Virus record (IMG/VR): IMGVR_UViG_3300042914_002376
Location: 1-34,088 of that record
Direction: 5' to 3' (one strand)
Length of the DNA stretch: 34,088 nt
Source of the DNA: a virus
Lineage: Duplodnaviria; Caudoviricetes
Positions 17,730-26,280 of this stretch are shown here, in pieces. Position 1 is the first letter of the stretch. Each line of letters starts with the position of its first letter. Below the pieces are notes generated by a model. The model saw nothing but the letters and a program-made list of their open reading frames with translations. It was not told where the DNA came from and did no database searches. The translations under genes and the position numbers were made by a program.

Positions 17730-18502
17730 TGCCCGCAGTCGTCCTCGACATCAAGAAGATCGCCGCGTCCGCAGGGTCGGACGACACGAGCACTTACACC
17801 GAGGAATACATCGCGACGGCGAGCGACGGTTCGGCACTGACGTACAACGACGTGATGACCGCGCTTCCGGCGTTCGGTACAACCGAAACCGTGCTCGGGG
17901 TCCAGGCGTTTCTCGCGACGAAGCAGGTCGACAGCATCGAGGACACCGCGGGCCGCGCATGGTCGGTGGTCCTTACGTTCAACTCCGAGACCGTGGACGA
18001 TGAGTTCGTCGCGCTCGACATGAACAGCAGCGCGACGGCGGTGGACTTCTATCGCTCCGGAGCCGCGGCACCGGCTAACCTCAACACGCCGGGCAACAGC
18101 GATATCGGGGGCACCCCGATCGACCAAGGCGGGCAGCCGGTCACGACGCTCATACCGACGCAAGAGTTGTCGATCACGAACTATCGCGCCGACAACAATG
18201 CCGTCGCCATCCGTGCCGCGCTTGGCAAGCGAAACAGCGCATCGTGGTTGGGCGCAGCCGCCGGGTTCGTGTTGTTCACGGGCGCGACGGCCAAGCGCGT
18301 CGGCATCAACAAGTACGAAGTGCAGTACAAGTTCGTCTATGACGACTACGCGCACTGCCGCCAAGTCGCGATCCGAGACCTCGACGCCAGGCCGCGGCTG
18401 AGCACGCCGGACGGAAACGGCCTTTGCAACGCGTCGCTCGTCGTGTGGCGGCAGCCGTTCCAAGCGACCTACAACTTCGCGAGCATGGGGATCGTGACCT
18501 GA
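17729..18502 (+). CDS. Putative tail tip / distal tail protein
   Basis: TAATG-coupled to tape measure; beta-rich composition; call based on position only. Confidence 0.55.
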   Translation: MPAVVLDIKKIAASAGSDDTSTYTEEYIATASDGSALTYNDVMTALPAFGTTETVLGVQAFLATKQVDSIEDTAGRAWSVVLTFNSETVDDEFVALDMNSSATAVDFYRSGAAAPANLNTPGNSDIGGTPIDQGGQPVTTLIPTQELSITNYRADNNAVAIRAALGKRNSASWLGAAAGFVLFTGATAKRVGINKYEVQYKFVYDDYAHCRQVAIRDLDARPRLSTPDGNGLCNASLVVWRQPFQATYNFASMGIVT

Positions 18503-19146
18503 TGGCGATGAAGCCAGCCATCACGACCGGACTCGGCGCGCTGACGCCCGCCACGTGGAAGGACCTCGTGCAGGCGGTCGACTACGTCAAGGCCCAGCTC
18601 GCCGTGACGAACGGTCAACTGGGCAACCTCCGCGACAACCCGCGATGGATCACCGTCGCAATCGGCGAAGCCACGAAGCTCGACAACGTGGCACGATGGG
18701 AGTACGCCTGGACGCAGGTGCGCCGCGTCGCAAACGAGACGACATACGGTGCCGACGCCCTATCCGCGTTGACAAACGACACGCCGGGCATGAGCAAGGC
18801 GCTCAACACCCTCGAAGCGGCGAACACCGAGACGGTCGCCTACGGCTACGCGGTGCTCGAACCAGACGGCGTCGAACTGACGGACCACGAAGGATTCGAG
18901 CTCAAGCCCGTGCCGGAAGGCGCAGTCGTGCACCTGTTGATGGTGCGAGACGTTGCCGGCGTGCTGAAGCTCGAGTTCAGCGCAGCGAATCCGATCGACG
19001 GGATATGCCCAGAACCGCCGCAACCCGTCACGAACGCCTACGACTACGGCACGTTCCTCGAGCCCGACCCCGCGGCGATTGCGTACGACGGCGAAACCTT
19101 CGCGGCGCCGAACGAAACGATCCTCGACTTCGGCGAGTTCACGTAA
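18502..19146 (+). CDS. Putative tail protein with acidic C-terminal D-x-G repeats
   Basis: TGATG-coupled; YDYGTF, YDGETF, LDFGEF at the C-terminus. Confidence 0.55.
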   Translation: MAMKPAITTGLGALTPATWKDLVQAVDYVKAQLAVTNGQLGNLRDNPRWITVAIGEATKLDNVARWEYAWTQVRRVANETTYGADALSALTNDTPGMSKALNTLEAANTETVAYGYAVLEPDGVELTDHEGFELKPVPEGAVVHLLMVRDVAGVLKLEFSAANPIDGICPEPPQPVTNAYDYGTFLEPDPAAIAYDGETFAAPNETILDFGEFT

Positions 19147-19164
19147 GCAGCAAGGAGCACGAGC

Positions 19165-19839
19165 ATGGCACTGCAGATCAGACGCGGCCTCGAAGCGAAT
19201 CGCACCTTCATCGCGGACGAAGGCGAGCCGCTGTGGGTCACCGACACGGACCGCCTGTACGTCGGCGACGGTACGACGACCGGAGGCAAGGCGGTCAAGG
19301 CGCTGCCGGTCGGATCGGCGGGCGGCGACCTGCAAGGCACCTACCCGGATCCGACCGTCCACAAGATCCACGGCAACAACGTGCAGAGCGGCGCGCCATC
19401 GGACGGCGACGTGCTCCAGTGGGAAACAGCGCAGTCGCGTTGGAGTCGCAAGTACGTTGACCTGTCCTACCTCGAAATATGGCTTTCGGCCGGGCCCGTG
19501 ACGCTTGCCTCGAAGACCTTCACGACCATCGCGCAGCTCACGCTCACGCAAGGCACGTGGCTTGTGACGGCCAACGTCATGACGATGGGGATTGGCGACG
19601 TGAACGCGGCCGAGTTCCAAGTCATCGACGCATCGAACGTCGAATGGGCAGGCGCGGCAATCAACTCAACGATCGACAATCCCGCGAGCACAAGCTGCAC
19701 GACGCTCATCACGACGGCGGGCTCATTGGCGATCTACCTCAAGGGCAAGGGCGCAGACGCCTACATCGACGCCGTGGCGGTATCGCCGAACAACGAGATA
19801 CCGCGCGTCACCGGGCTCGTAGCCGTCCGCATCGGATGA
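19165..19839 (+). CDS. Tail fibre protein with Mtd/hyaluronidase-type N-terminal domain
   Basis: LQIRRG......EGEP.W.TDT.RLYVGDG.T; AGGDL.GTYP.PTV; AAGGAG Shine-Dalgarno. Confidence 0.8.
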   Translation: MALQIRRGLEANRTFIADEGEPLWVTDTDRLYVGDGTTTGGKAVKALPVGSAGGDLQGTYPDPTVHKIHGNNVQSGAPSDGDVLQWETAQSRWSRKYVDLSYLEIWLSAGPVTLASKTFTTIAQLTLTQGTWLVTANVMTMGIGDVNAAEFQVIDASNVEWAGAAINSTIDNPASTSCTTLITTAGSLAIYLKGKGADAYIDAVAVSPNNEIPRVTGLVAVRIG

Positions 19840-19870
19840 CTTGAAGCGACTCGATTGATAGGATGAGGAA

Positions 19871-20074
19871 ATGACGAGAGAGGCAGACAACACCGTGAAG
19901 CTGTCGCTGCGCGACTGGCTCGCCATCGGAGCGCTTGCGACGACGATCATGGGAGCGGTGCTCGGTGCATTCGTCCACCATGATCGCCTGCTGATGCAGC
20001 TCGTCACGCAGCAGCAAGCAGCGAACGCGCGACTCGACAAGATCGAAACCAAGCTCGAAAGGAGACTCCCATGA
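19871..20074 (+). CDS. Small membrane protein (holin/antiholin-like)
   Basis: One TM segment (WLAIGALATTIMGAVLGAFV) plus a coiled tail. Confidence 0.6.
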   Translation: MTREADNTVKLSLRDWLAIGALATTIMGAVLGAFVHHDRLLMQLVTQQQAANARLDKIETKLERRLP

Positions 20075-20274
20075 GCAAGATCACCGAAGCACTGCAGGGC
20101 AAGTCGTGGAAGACCACCGGCGCAGGAGTCGCCGCGATCCTCGTCGCGGGCGGAGCAGCGCTCACCGCGCTCACCGACGCGGACCCCGCAACCCATCCCG
20201 ATTGGGCCGCGCTCATCGCCGCAATCATCGCAGGCGTTGGTCTGATCTTCGCCAAGGACAGCGCGAAGGCCTGA
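20071..20274 (+). CDS. Putative holin (2 TM)
   Basis: KSWKTT.AG, two hydrophobic helices, C-terminal GLIFAKD; AAGGAG Shine-Dalgarno. Confidence 0.7.
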   Translation: MSKITEALQGKSWKTTGAGVAAILVAGGAALTALTDADPATHPDWAALIAAIIAGVGLIFAKDSAKA

Positions 20275-20275
20275 G

Positions 20276-20467
20276 GTGTATGCCCTGCTGCGCGCCATCC
20301 TGGACTCGCTGCTCGCGTGGGTGCATCGACTCGCAAGCGACCGCGGCAAGGCGAGTGACGCGCCGACTGATGCTGGCGCTCTGCGTCGCGCCGGGGATCG
20401 TGTGCGGAAGTGGATGCACGCGAGCGGTGCTCGTGAGCGAGAACAGCCCGATCAGGACGGGACCTGA
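20276..20467 (+). CDS. Small protein with hydrophobic N-terminus (i-spanin/Rz-like candidate)
   Basis: GTG start directly after the holin; overlaps the lipoprotein ORF in another frame. Confidence 0.45.
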   Translation: MYALLRAILDSLLAWVHRLASDRGKASDAPTDAGALRRAGDRVRKWMHASGAREREQPDQDGT

Positions 20468-20588
20468 TATGCGCGGCCGCGTGTACGTGCGCGACGACAA
20501 CGGGTGGCGACTGTCCGACAACGCCGTGACGATTCCCGAAGGGTGGTACTGCGTGCCGCCGTCGTTCGTCGAGGCCGAAGCACCATGA
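20355..20588 (+). CDS. Putative lipoprotein (o-spanin/Rz1-like candidate)
   Basis: MTRRLMLALCVAPGIVCGSGC signal-like sequence ending in a lipobox-like GC; stop overlaps ATG 20585. Confidence 0.5.
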   Translation: MTRRLMLALCVAPGIVCGSGCTRAVLVSENSPIRTGPDMRGRVYVRDDNGWRLSDNAVTIPEGWYCVPPSFVEAEAP

Positions 20589-22240
20589 CGCTCACGCCCG
20601 CCGAATGCTGTTGCGATGGAGAGCCACCGCAGCCGGACCCGTGCCTCGCGCAAGACACCTACTCCCCGATCACATTGTGCTACTCGTACCTGATGTGCGA
20701 GAACTTGATCGCAGAGAGAAAGTACACGGGCGGATGTCAATGCGGCCTAGAAGCCGCGTGTCCGGGAGAACCAGGGCAAGATCCGCCGGTGTACACGCCG
20801 CCGCCCACGGGATGCGGCTCGGCGCTCGTCATCAACTACAAGGCATGTGATTGTCCATTTTCGTTCGGTGCAGTCTGTTGGGACAACTTGTATCAGGCGT
20901 ACGCGTCTTTCACAGGATGCGTATCCATCCCATTCAAGTCGCAAGGACAAGTGACAACCGGCGCATACTTCATCACGGCATCGGGCAATCCGGTCGGCGT
21001 AGCGGCGACGTACAGCGCCGTGCGAGTTGAGTATGAGCTTCCGGTCGCAGCGCGCCTCGCGTGGTCCTGCGAAGCGCTTGGGCCGTGCGGTTCGTCGGAA
21101 AGTTGGTCGCTTGTCCCGCAAGCGCAGGCCATCAACTGCGACGGAAGCAGCGGAGGTGTCCCGGGCCCGTACCGGGTCCTTCACACTGGGCCGCCATACG
21201 TCACGCAAGCGCCGAGCATCTGGACCATCCGAAGGCAGACATCGAGCAGCGTCGCGAGCACGTGGGAAATCACCTCGACGAAGTTCGTGATCCGCAACAC
21301 GGCCGGAACGATCGTGTACGAAACGACGACAACCGGCAAGACGATCGGGCAAGTGTTCACGGAAGTCGACACACAGACAGCGGCGCCCGTGCAGCTCGTG
21401 AAGCAATACGCCGCAGGCGGATCAATCGCCGCTTTCTCAGTCGACCCGCAGCAGTTCACGGATGTATTTGAAGCGCAGGGTCCATCGACCATGACCGGGT
21501 TGACCGTGTACACGATCCGCGCCTACGTGCTCGCGGCAGGACAATCGCGACGCGCGCCGCTGATTACGATTGCGAACCCGCCGTACTCGATCCTCGTTGG
21601 CACGATCAACGTGGTGACTCCGTGGTCACTGATGGGATATGACATCAGCGGTTTCGCGCCGCACTCAGGAGTCACTACGTGGGGAGGCACGACTTTCTGG
21701 GCGTTCGCGGCCGACAACGGCTGGACGGAAGCATCCGTGTCGGCCTTATGCTCGGGCTTCGCAAGATCGTGGGACAACGAGCAGAACGCGATATACGCGG
21801 CGTTCGACTGCCAGGGCTACGTGCCGGGAACTCAACCTTCGGGCCAAGTTCCATATGGCAGCTACACGACGGCATACGGAAATCAGTGCGGCGGGGAGCC
21901 AGCCATCATCTGGTGCCCGTTCACGGTCACGAACACGAACCCATGCACGTATCCGCCGGGATTCATAGGGGGCGGGTCTTGGGGAAGCCTCGCGACGCGG
22001 GATTTCCCCCCGAACGGCCAAGGCACTACGGTCGTGAACACATTCACGCAGTGCACCAGCAACTATGGAGGCAGCGTGTACGCGTGGAGCTGCGACCCGT
22101 TCGAGTCGGAAGCCAACTGTTGCTGCCCAGAGATCAATGGCAACAACTGCGAGGACGCGTTCAGGACATTTTCCGGATGCCTTATCTCGCAGAGCGGTTC
22201 ATATGGTGAATGGGATTACCTTTTCACGGTGACGCGATGA
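20585..22240 (+). CDS. Cys-rich, lower-GC protein (551 aa), possible receptor-binding or virion surface protein
   Basis: About 29 Cys including two CCC triplets; rich in Thr/Ser/Gly/Tyr; ATGA-coupled at both ends. Confidence 0.7.
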   Translation: MTLTPAECCCDGEPPQPDPCLAQDTYSPITLCYSYLMCENLIAERKYTGGCQCGLEAACPGEPGQDPPVYTPPPTGCGSALVINYKACDCPFSFGAVCWDNLYQAYASFTGCVSIPFKSQGQVTTGAYFITASGNPVGVAATYSAVRVEYELPVAARLAWSCEALGPCGSSESWSLVPQAQAINCDGSSGGVPGPYRVLHTGPPYVTQAPSIWTIRRQTSSSVASTWEITSTKFVIRNTAGTIVYETTTTGKTIGQVFTEVDTQTAAPVQLVKQYAAGGSIAAFSVDPQQFTDVFEAQGPSTMTGLTVYTIRAYVLAAGQSRRAPLITIANPPYSILVGTINVVTPWSLMGYDISGFAPHSGVTTWGGTTFWAFAADNGWTEASVSALCSGFARSWDNEQNAIYAAFDCQGYVPGTQPSGQVPYGSYTTAYGNQCGGEPAIIWCPFTVTNTNPCTYPPGFIGGGSWGSLATRDFPPNGQGTTVVNTFTQCTSNYGGSVYAWSCDPFESEANCCCPEINGNNCEDAFRTFSGCLISQSGSYGEWDYLFTVTR

Positions 22241-22728
22241 GCAAGAAAGTTCACGCCTTCAAGTTCCAGACGCAATACGCGCACTGGGAAATCGAACTCA
22301 ACGACGACGCCGGCACGATCGTCGTGAAATCGCATCAACCAAAGCCGCCGCAGGAAATCGCGGATGGCGTGGAAGCGGATCGGCGAGCGTTGCATGAACG
22401 CATCGCGCAGCGCACGGCTGGAAATCCCGGGTTGTTGTCGAAGGCTGCGGCATGGATGAAGGCGGAAGCGTCGCTCAGGATGAGCGGTCCACTGCCGGAC
22501 GACCAGTACGCGCTGCGCATCAAGGCGTGCACGGCGTGCCCGGAACTCGACGCCGTGGCCGATCCGCAGGTCGGTTGGTGCAAGAAGTGCGGGTGCGGTC
22601 GCAACGCGCGAGCCGAGCTCACGATCAAGGCGCGAATGCCAGCCGCGACCTGCCCGCTCAACAAGTGGCCGACGGTTGATGAACGGCCGCAAGGTGATAC
22701 GATCCCTCCGTCCGGCGCGGCGCCCTGA
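22237..22728 (+). CDS. Small Cys-motif protein (R...C..C...C..CGC...K.....CP..KW)
   Basis: RIKACTACP...WCKKCGCG...KARMPAATCPLNKW. Confidence 0.75.
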   Translation: MSKKVHAFKFQTQYAHWEIELNDDAGTIVVKSHQPKPPQEIADGVEADRRALHERIAQRTAGNPGLLSKAAAWMKAEASLRMSGPLPDDQYALRIKACTACPELDAVADPQVGWCKKCGCGRNARAELTIKARMPAATCPLNKWPTVDERPQGDTIPPSGAAP

Positions 22729-22778
22729 CGAGGATCGCCCGCAAGTGCGTGCGAGACTGCCCGACCGGACCTGACCCC

Positions 22779-22821
22779 CGGAAGCGCGCCCCGTAGACCT
22801 CGCGGTCCGGGGCGCGTTCCG
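22779..22821 (+). terminator. GC-rich hairpin at the end of the late operon
   Basis: CGGAA-G-CGCGCCCCG ... CGGGGCGCG-TTCCG; weak U-tail. Confidence 0.55.
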
Positions 22822-22966
22822 TTCCCCGTCGCGCCGCCTACGTTGCCCTGTACGGCGTTCCCGCGCACGATCCCCCTCGCCACGCCCGAAACGCGCCCCC
22901 TCCCTGTACGCCCGTCCTACGGCGTCCAATAGCCGCCGAAAGAAATCTGCGAAATATTTGATATAC

Positions 22967-23000
22967 CCCCTGTACAACCCTTTCGACGACGGTATAGTTC
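22967..23000 (+). promoter_or_regulatory. Early promoter P1
   Basis: TGTACA-N16-TATAGT with an AT-rich upstream tract (about 22940-22965); 25/34 nt identical to 26281-26314. Confidence 0.7.
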
Positions 23001-23046
23001 ACCCATCAGCACCGCGCTGATTCGCAACCCCGAACACGAGACACCC

Positions 23047-23250
23047 ATGACCATCTACATCGCGACCGTCGAATCTCGGCACTTCACCTTCTCCGCCATC
23101 GGCACGACCGCGGCCGCCGCGAAGGGCCACCTCATCCGCGGCCTCGAAAAGCACGGCAAGTCGAACCGCCTCGCGACCGATTGGTTCGCCGACCTTATCG
23201 ACGACATCACCATCGAAAAGATGACCGAGGGCGAGACCGTCATTCGCTGA
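23047..23250 (+). CDS. Hypothetical early protein
   Basis: First ORF after P1; C-ending codon bias; A/C-rich leader. Confidence 0.7.
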   Translation: MTIYIATVESRHFTFSAIGTTAAAAKGHLIRGLEKHGKSNRLATDWFADLIDDITIEKMTEGETVIR

Positions 23251-23279
23251 CCCAACACGCACCCCAACGGATCAACACC

Positions 23280-24200
23280 ATGCCTACCACCGCCACCATG
23301 TCTACCGCCGCTCCGACCCTTCCCGCCGTGACCGCGCTCACCTTCGGCGTCGAGATCGAAACGGGCGTTCCCTTCTCGCGCAACCTCGCCGTCGGCGGCT
23401 ACCACAACGGCCGCACCGTGCCGAACATGCCCGAGCGCGGCATCGTGAGCGGCGCGTGGCGCGCCTCGTCCGACGGCAGCATCAACGTGCCGAACATGCA
23501 AGGCGTCGAGTTCGTGTCGCCCGTCCTCCGCGGCGCCGATGGCCTCGACAACGTCGCGATCGCCGTCGAGCGCATCGCCGCGATGGGCGCCAAGGTGAAT
23601 CGCACGTGCGGCGTCCACATTCATGTCGGCTTCCCGACCAACGACCTCGCCGCCGTTCGTCGCCTCGTGCACCTCGTCGCGCATTGGGAGGCCGCCTTGT
23701 TCGCGACGACGGGCACCAAGAGCCGCGAAGAGAACCACTACTGCCGCTCCATCAAGACCCCCAACGTGCGCACCGCGCGCTACACCTCGACCGCGACCGT
23801 GCGCACCGCGATCAACGCGAACCGCTACCACACTCTGAACCTCATGCCGCTCCTGTCGGGATCGCAGCCGACCGTCGAGTTCCGCGTGTTCAGCGGCAGC
23901 GTCAACCCCAAGAAGATCGTCGCGTGGACGATGCTCGCTCTCGCGCTCGTCGAGGCCGCGCTCAACGGCCACCGCGCCAAGACGTTCGACATGCCCGAGA
24001 CGAGCGTCGCGCGCGAGCGCGGCGAGGGTCGCGGCGAGCGCCTCGTGAAAGCGATGCTCAACGACCTGTTCGTGTGGAACGGCAAGAGCGCGACGCGCGG
24101 GCAGTTCGCGCACCCGACCTACGGCCATGAGTTCATGCGGAAGCAGCTCGTGCGCATGGCCAAGAAGTACGACATGCACGACACCGCCGAAGTCGACTGA
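23280..24200 (+). CDS. Putative amidoligase (COOH-NH2 ligase, Amidoligase_2-type)
   Basis: TFGVEIE, W....DGSI, EFVSPVL, VN.TCGVHIHVG, RY..LNL, TVEFR.F.GS. Confidence 0.88.
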   Translation: MPTTATMSTAAPTLPAVTALTFGVEIETGVPFSRNLAVGGYHNGRTVPNMPERGIVSGAWRASSDGSINVPNMQGVEFVSPVLRGADGLDNVAIAVERIAAMGAKVNRTCGVHIHVGFPTNDLAAVRRLVHLVAHWEAALFATTGTKSREENHYCRSIKTPNVRTARYTSTATVRTAINANRYHTLNLMPLLSGSQPTVEFRVFSGSVNPKKIVAWTMLALALVEAALNGHRAKTFDMPETSVARERGEGRGERLVKAMLNDLFVWNGKSATRGQFAHPTYGHEFMRKQLVRMAKKYDMHDTAEVD

Positions 24201-24234
24201 TTCCCTCACCATCACCAACACGGAGACCATCACA

Positions 24235-24969
24235 ATGTGCGGACTGTTTGCCCTGTTCACCTCGACCCCCGACGCAACCCTCTGCCCCCGTTCCGCGTGC
24301 CGACTCGCCGCGGCGCAAGTCACGCGCGGCCATCACGCGTGGGGCATCGCGTGGCTCGACTCCATCGGCACGATCCGGTCCTACCGAGCGATCGGCCCCG
24401 TCACCGACGGCCTCGAGATCATCGCCGATATCGCCTCGACGGCGACCGCGATGATCGGCCATACACGATGGGCGACGCACGGCGCCGCCGAAGACCTCGC
24501 GTGCGCTCACCCGTTCACGTGCGCGGGCGGATTCCTCGCCCACAATGGCATCATCCCATCGCACGAACGACTCGCCCGCGAGCACGGCCTTCTCTGCACG
24601 AGCGAGTGCGACTCGGAAGTGCTTGCGCGCCTCGTCGAATCGCATGCCGCGAACGGCGCCGCGGGCGCTTTCCGCGCGTCGATCAACGCCGTCGCGCACG
24701 GCGCACCCCTCGCGACGATTGCCCTGTTCGGCGGCACCGACCCGCGCATCGTCTACGCGCGTCGCGGCAACCCGCTTGCGCGCACGACGATGCAACACGG
24801 CAAGGCGACGCTCACGCTCATCGGCTCCAACGTCGCCGCCGCGCCGTCGATCGACGACGACACCGTGACCGTGCGGCACCTGTTCCGCCGCGGGGCGCCG
24901 ACGACCCTGACCCTCGACCGTACCGCCCCGACGATGCGAAACGTCAAGGGCTCGACCCTGTTCGCTTGA
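24235..24969 (+). CDS. Class II (Ntn) glutamine amidotransferase
   Basis: N-terminal MCG, RG..AWG, GHTRWATHG, AHPF, HNGII, DSE. Confidence 0.92.
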   Translation: MCGLFALFTSTPDATLCPRSACRLAAAQVTRGHHAWGIAWLDSIGTIRSYRAIGPVTDGLEIIADIASTATAMIGHTRWATHGAAEDLACAHPFTCAGGFLAHNGIIPSHERLAREHGLLCTSECDSEVLARLVESHAANGAAGAFRASINAVAHGAPLATIALFGGTDPRIVYARRGNPLARTTMQHGKATLTLIGSNVAAAPSIDDDTVTVRHLFRRGAPTTLTLDRTAPTMRNVKGSTLFA

Positions 24970-24991
24970 CCCATCACCCAAGGAGACACCC

Positions 24992-25297
24992 ATGAACACC
25001 ATCGCAAGCGCCTTCCCTGTCCTCGCCCCCGACCGCCGTATCGCCATCGCCGTCGAACTCTGTCGCCGTGATCCCAACGGCATCGGAGCCGCCAACGAGT
25101 CGCTCGTCCTCCGCGTCGCCAACGCCCGCATGGGGCATGTCGACCTCGACAACGAGCACGAATGGACGGCCGCGGCCTACGAACTCGAAGCCGCCGTCGA
25201 GCGGTGGGCGCGACGCTTCGGTCGCACTATCCTCCCGCCCAACATCCTCACGCCCGCGGAGGCAAGCGCGCGCGCCATGCCCGAGGTGATCCGATGA
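24992..25297 (+). CDS. Hypothetical protein
   Basis: AAGGAG Shine-Dalgarno; ATGA-coupled to the next ORF. Confidence 0.7.
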   Translation: MNTIASAFPVLAPDRRIAIAVELCRRDPNGIGAANESLVLRVANARMGHVDLDNEHEWTAAAYELEAAVERWARRFGRTILPPNILTPAEASARAMPEVIR

Positions 25298-25743
25298 CCG
25301 AGCTCGCGCTCAACGTCCTGCACCAAGTCCGACCCTGCGGGGAATGCTCCATGTGCTGCAAGTTGATGGAGATCGACCGCGACGACGGCACCAAGAAACC
25401 GCACGGGCAATGGTGCGAGAATGCCCGCCTCGCAGGTCGCGACGGCTGCGCGACGAATCACTGCGCCGCATACGAGACGCGATGGAAACCCTGTCGCGAC
25501 TTCGTATGCGCGTGGGCGGGTGGGTTGCTGCCGCTCGAGGCGACGCCGCGAAAGACCCGGTGCATCGTTCGCACCCATGTCGTGGACGGGAAGCAAACGG
25601 TCGTCATCAACGAAGACGCGCCGCGAGCTGCCGATCATCCCGAGATCAAGGCGGTGATCGGCTTCGCCCTCAAGCGCGGCTACCCGTGCGTCGTGATCGC
25701 GCCCGATGGGCGCCGCCGCCTCGTGCGAAAGGCGACGCCGTGA
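25294..25743 (+). CDS. YkgJ-like CxxCxxCC zinc/iron-chelating protein
   Basis: CGECSMCCK, KP.G.WC, C..YETR...CRDF.C.W. Confidence 0.8.
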   Translation: MTELALNVLHQVRPCGECSMCCKLMEIDRDDGTKKPHGQWCENARLAGRDGCATNHCAAYETRWKPCRDFVCAWAGGLLPLEATPRKTRCIVRTHVVDGKQTVVINEDAPRAADHPEIKAVIGFALKRGYPCVVIAPDGRRRLVRKATP

Positions 25744-26063
25744 GCAACCCCAACGAAATGCCGCCCGAGATCAAGGAACTCATCGAGGTCCTTCTCAACG
25801 GCGAAGCGGCCGAAGTGCTCGAGGTGACCGAGGATCTGATGGACGAGATCCTTCGCAACGTCAACGACGATCTCGCGCAACGAATGTCGAAGCAGTTCGG
25901 CGATCGCATCAAGTTCGAGCGCACCGTCAACAACAACGGCGCCATCGCATCAGTCACCATGCACGGCATGTCGATGCCGTTCATCGCGACCGAGGAGCAG
26001 TTGAATGCGTTCCTGGTCGGCATGGCATCAGCGGTTCGATTGATGAAAGAAAGGGAGGCGTGA
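25740..26063 (+). CDS. Hypothetical acidic protein
   Basis: GTGA-coupled start; normal codon usage. Confidence 0.65.
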   Translation: MSNPNEMPPEIKELIEVLLNGEAAEVLEVTEDLMDEILRNVNDDLAQRMSKQFGDRIKFERTVNNNGAIASVTMHGMSMPFIATEEQLNAFLVGMASAVRLMKEREA

Positions 26064-26100
26064 GTTGTCAACCGGTCAAAGATCGCTTACCCTTCCGGCG

Positions 26101-26280
26101 ATGGAAGTCGTTACCACCGCCGAAGTCGCCAAGATGCTCCGCGTGAGCGCGCAACGCGTTCGGCAACTCGCCGAAGCGCGCGGCATCGAACCCGCGATGA
26201 TCGTGGGCACGGCGAAGGTATGGCATCGTCGAGACCTTCCGCGCTTCGAGCGACGCCCGCCCGGACGACCGCGAGCGTAG
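26101..26280 (+). CDS. Small helix-turn-helix DNA-binding protein (excisionase/MerR-like)
   Basis: TTAEVAKMLRVSAQRVRQL...W; RPPGRP tail; start may instead be TTG 26065. Confidence 0.8.
   Translation: MEVVTTAEVAKMLRVSAQRVRQLAEARGIEPAMIVGTAKVWHRRDLPRFERRPPGRPRA
26102..26117. repeat. Dispersed palindrome site 4, TGGAAGTCGTTACCAC
   Basis: Same consensus; overlaps the HTH gene ATG. Confidence 0.7.

Noticed and set aside
19165-22240. Diversity-generating retroelement suggested by the Mtd-like N-terminus
   Set aside because: No reverse transcriptase and no template/variable repeat pair differing at adenines was seen
22710-22760. Hammerhead-like CUGACGA...GAGAC with an upstream GUC
   Set aside because: Core reads GAGA rather than GAAA, the cleavage triplet is out of register with stem I, and stem III cannot extend
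22216-22977. Minus-strand 253-aa ORF as a divergent repressor
   Set aside because: Arg-rich low-complexity translation with no HTH; overlaps a good plus-strand gene and a hairpin region
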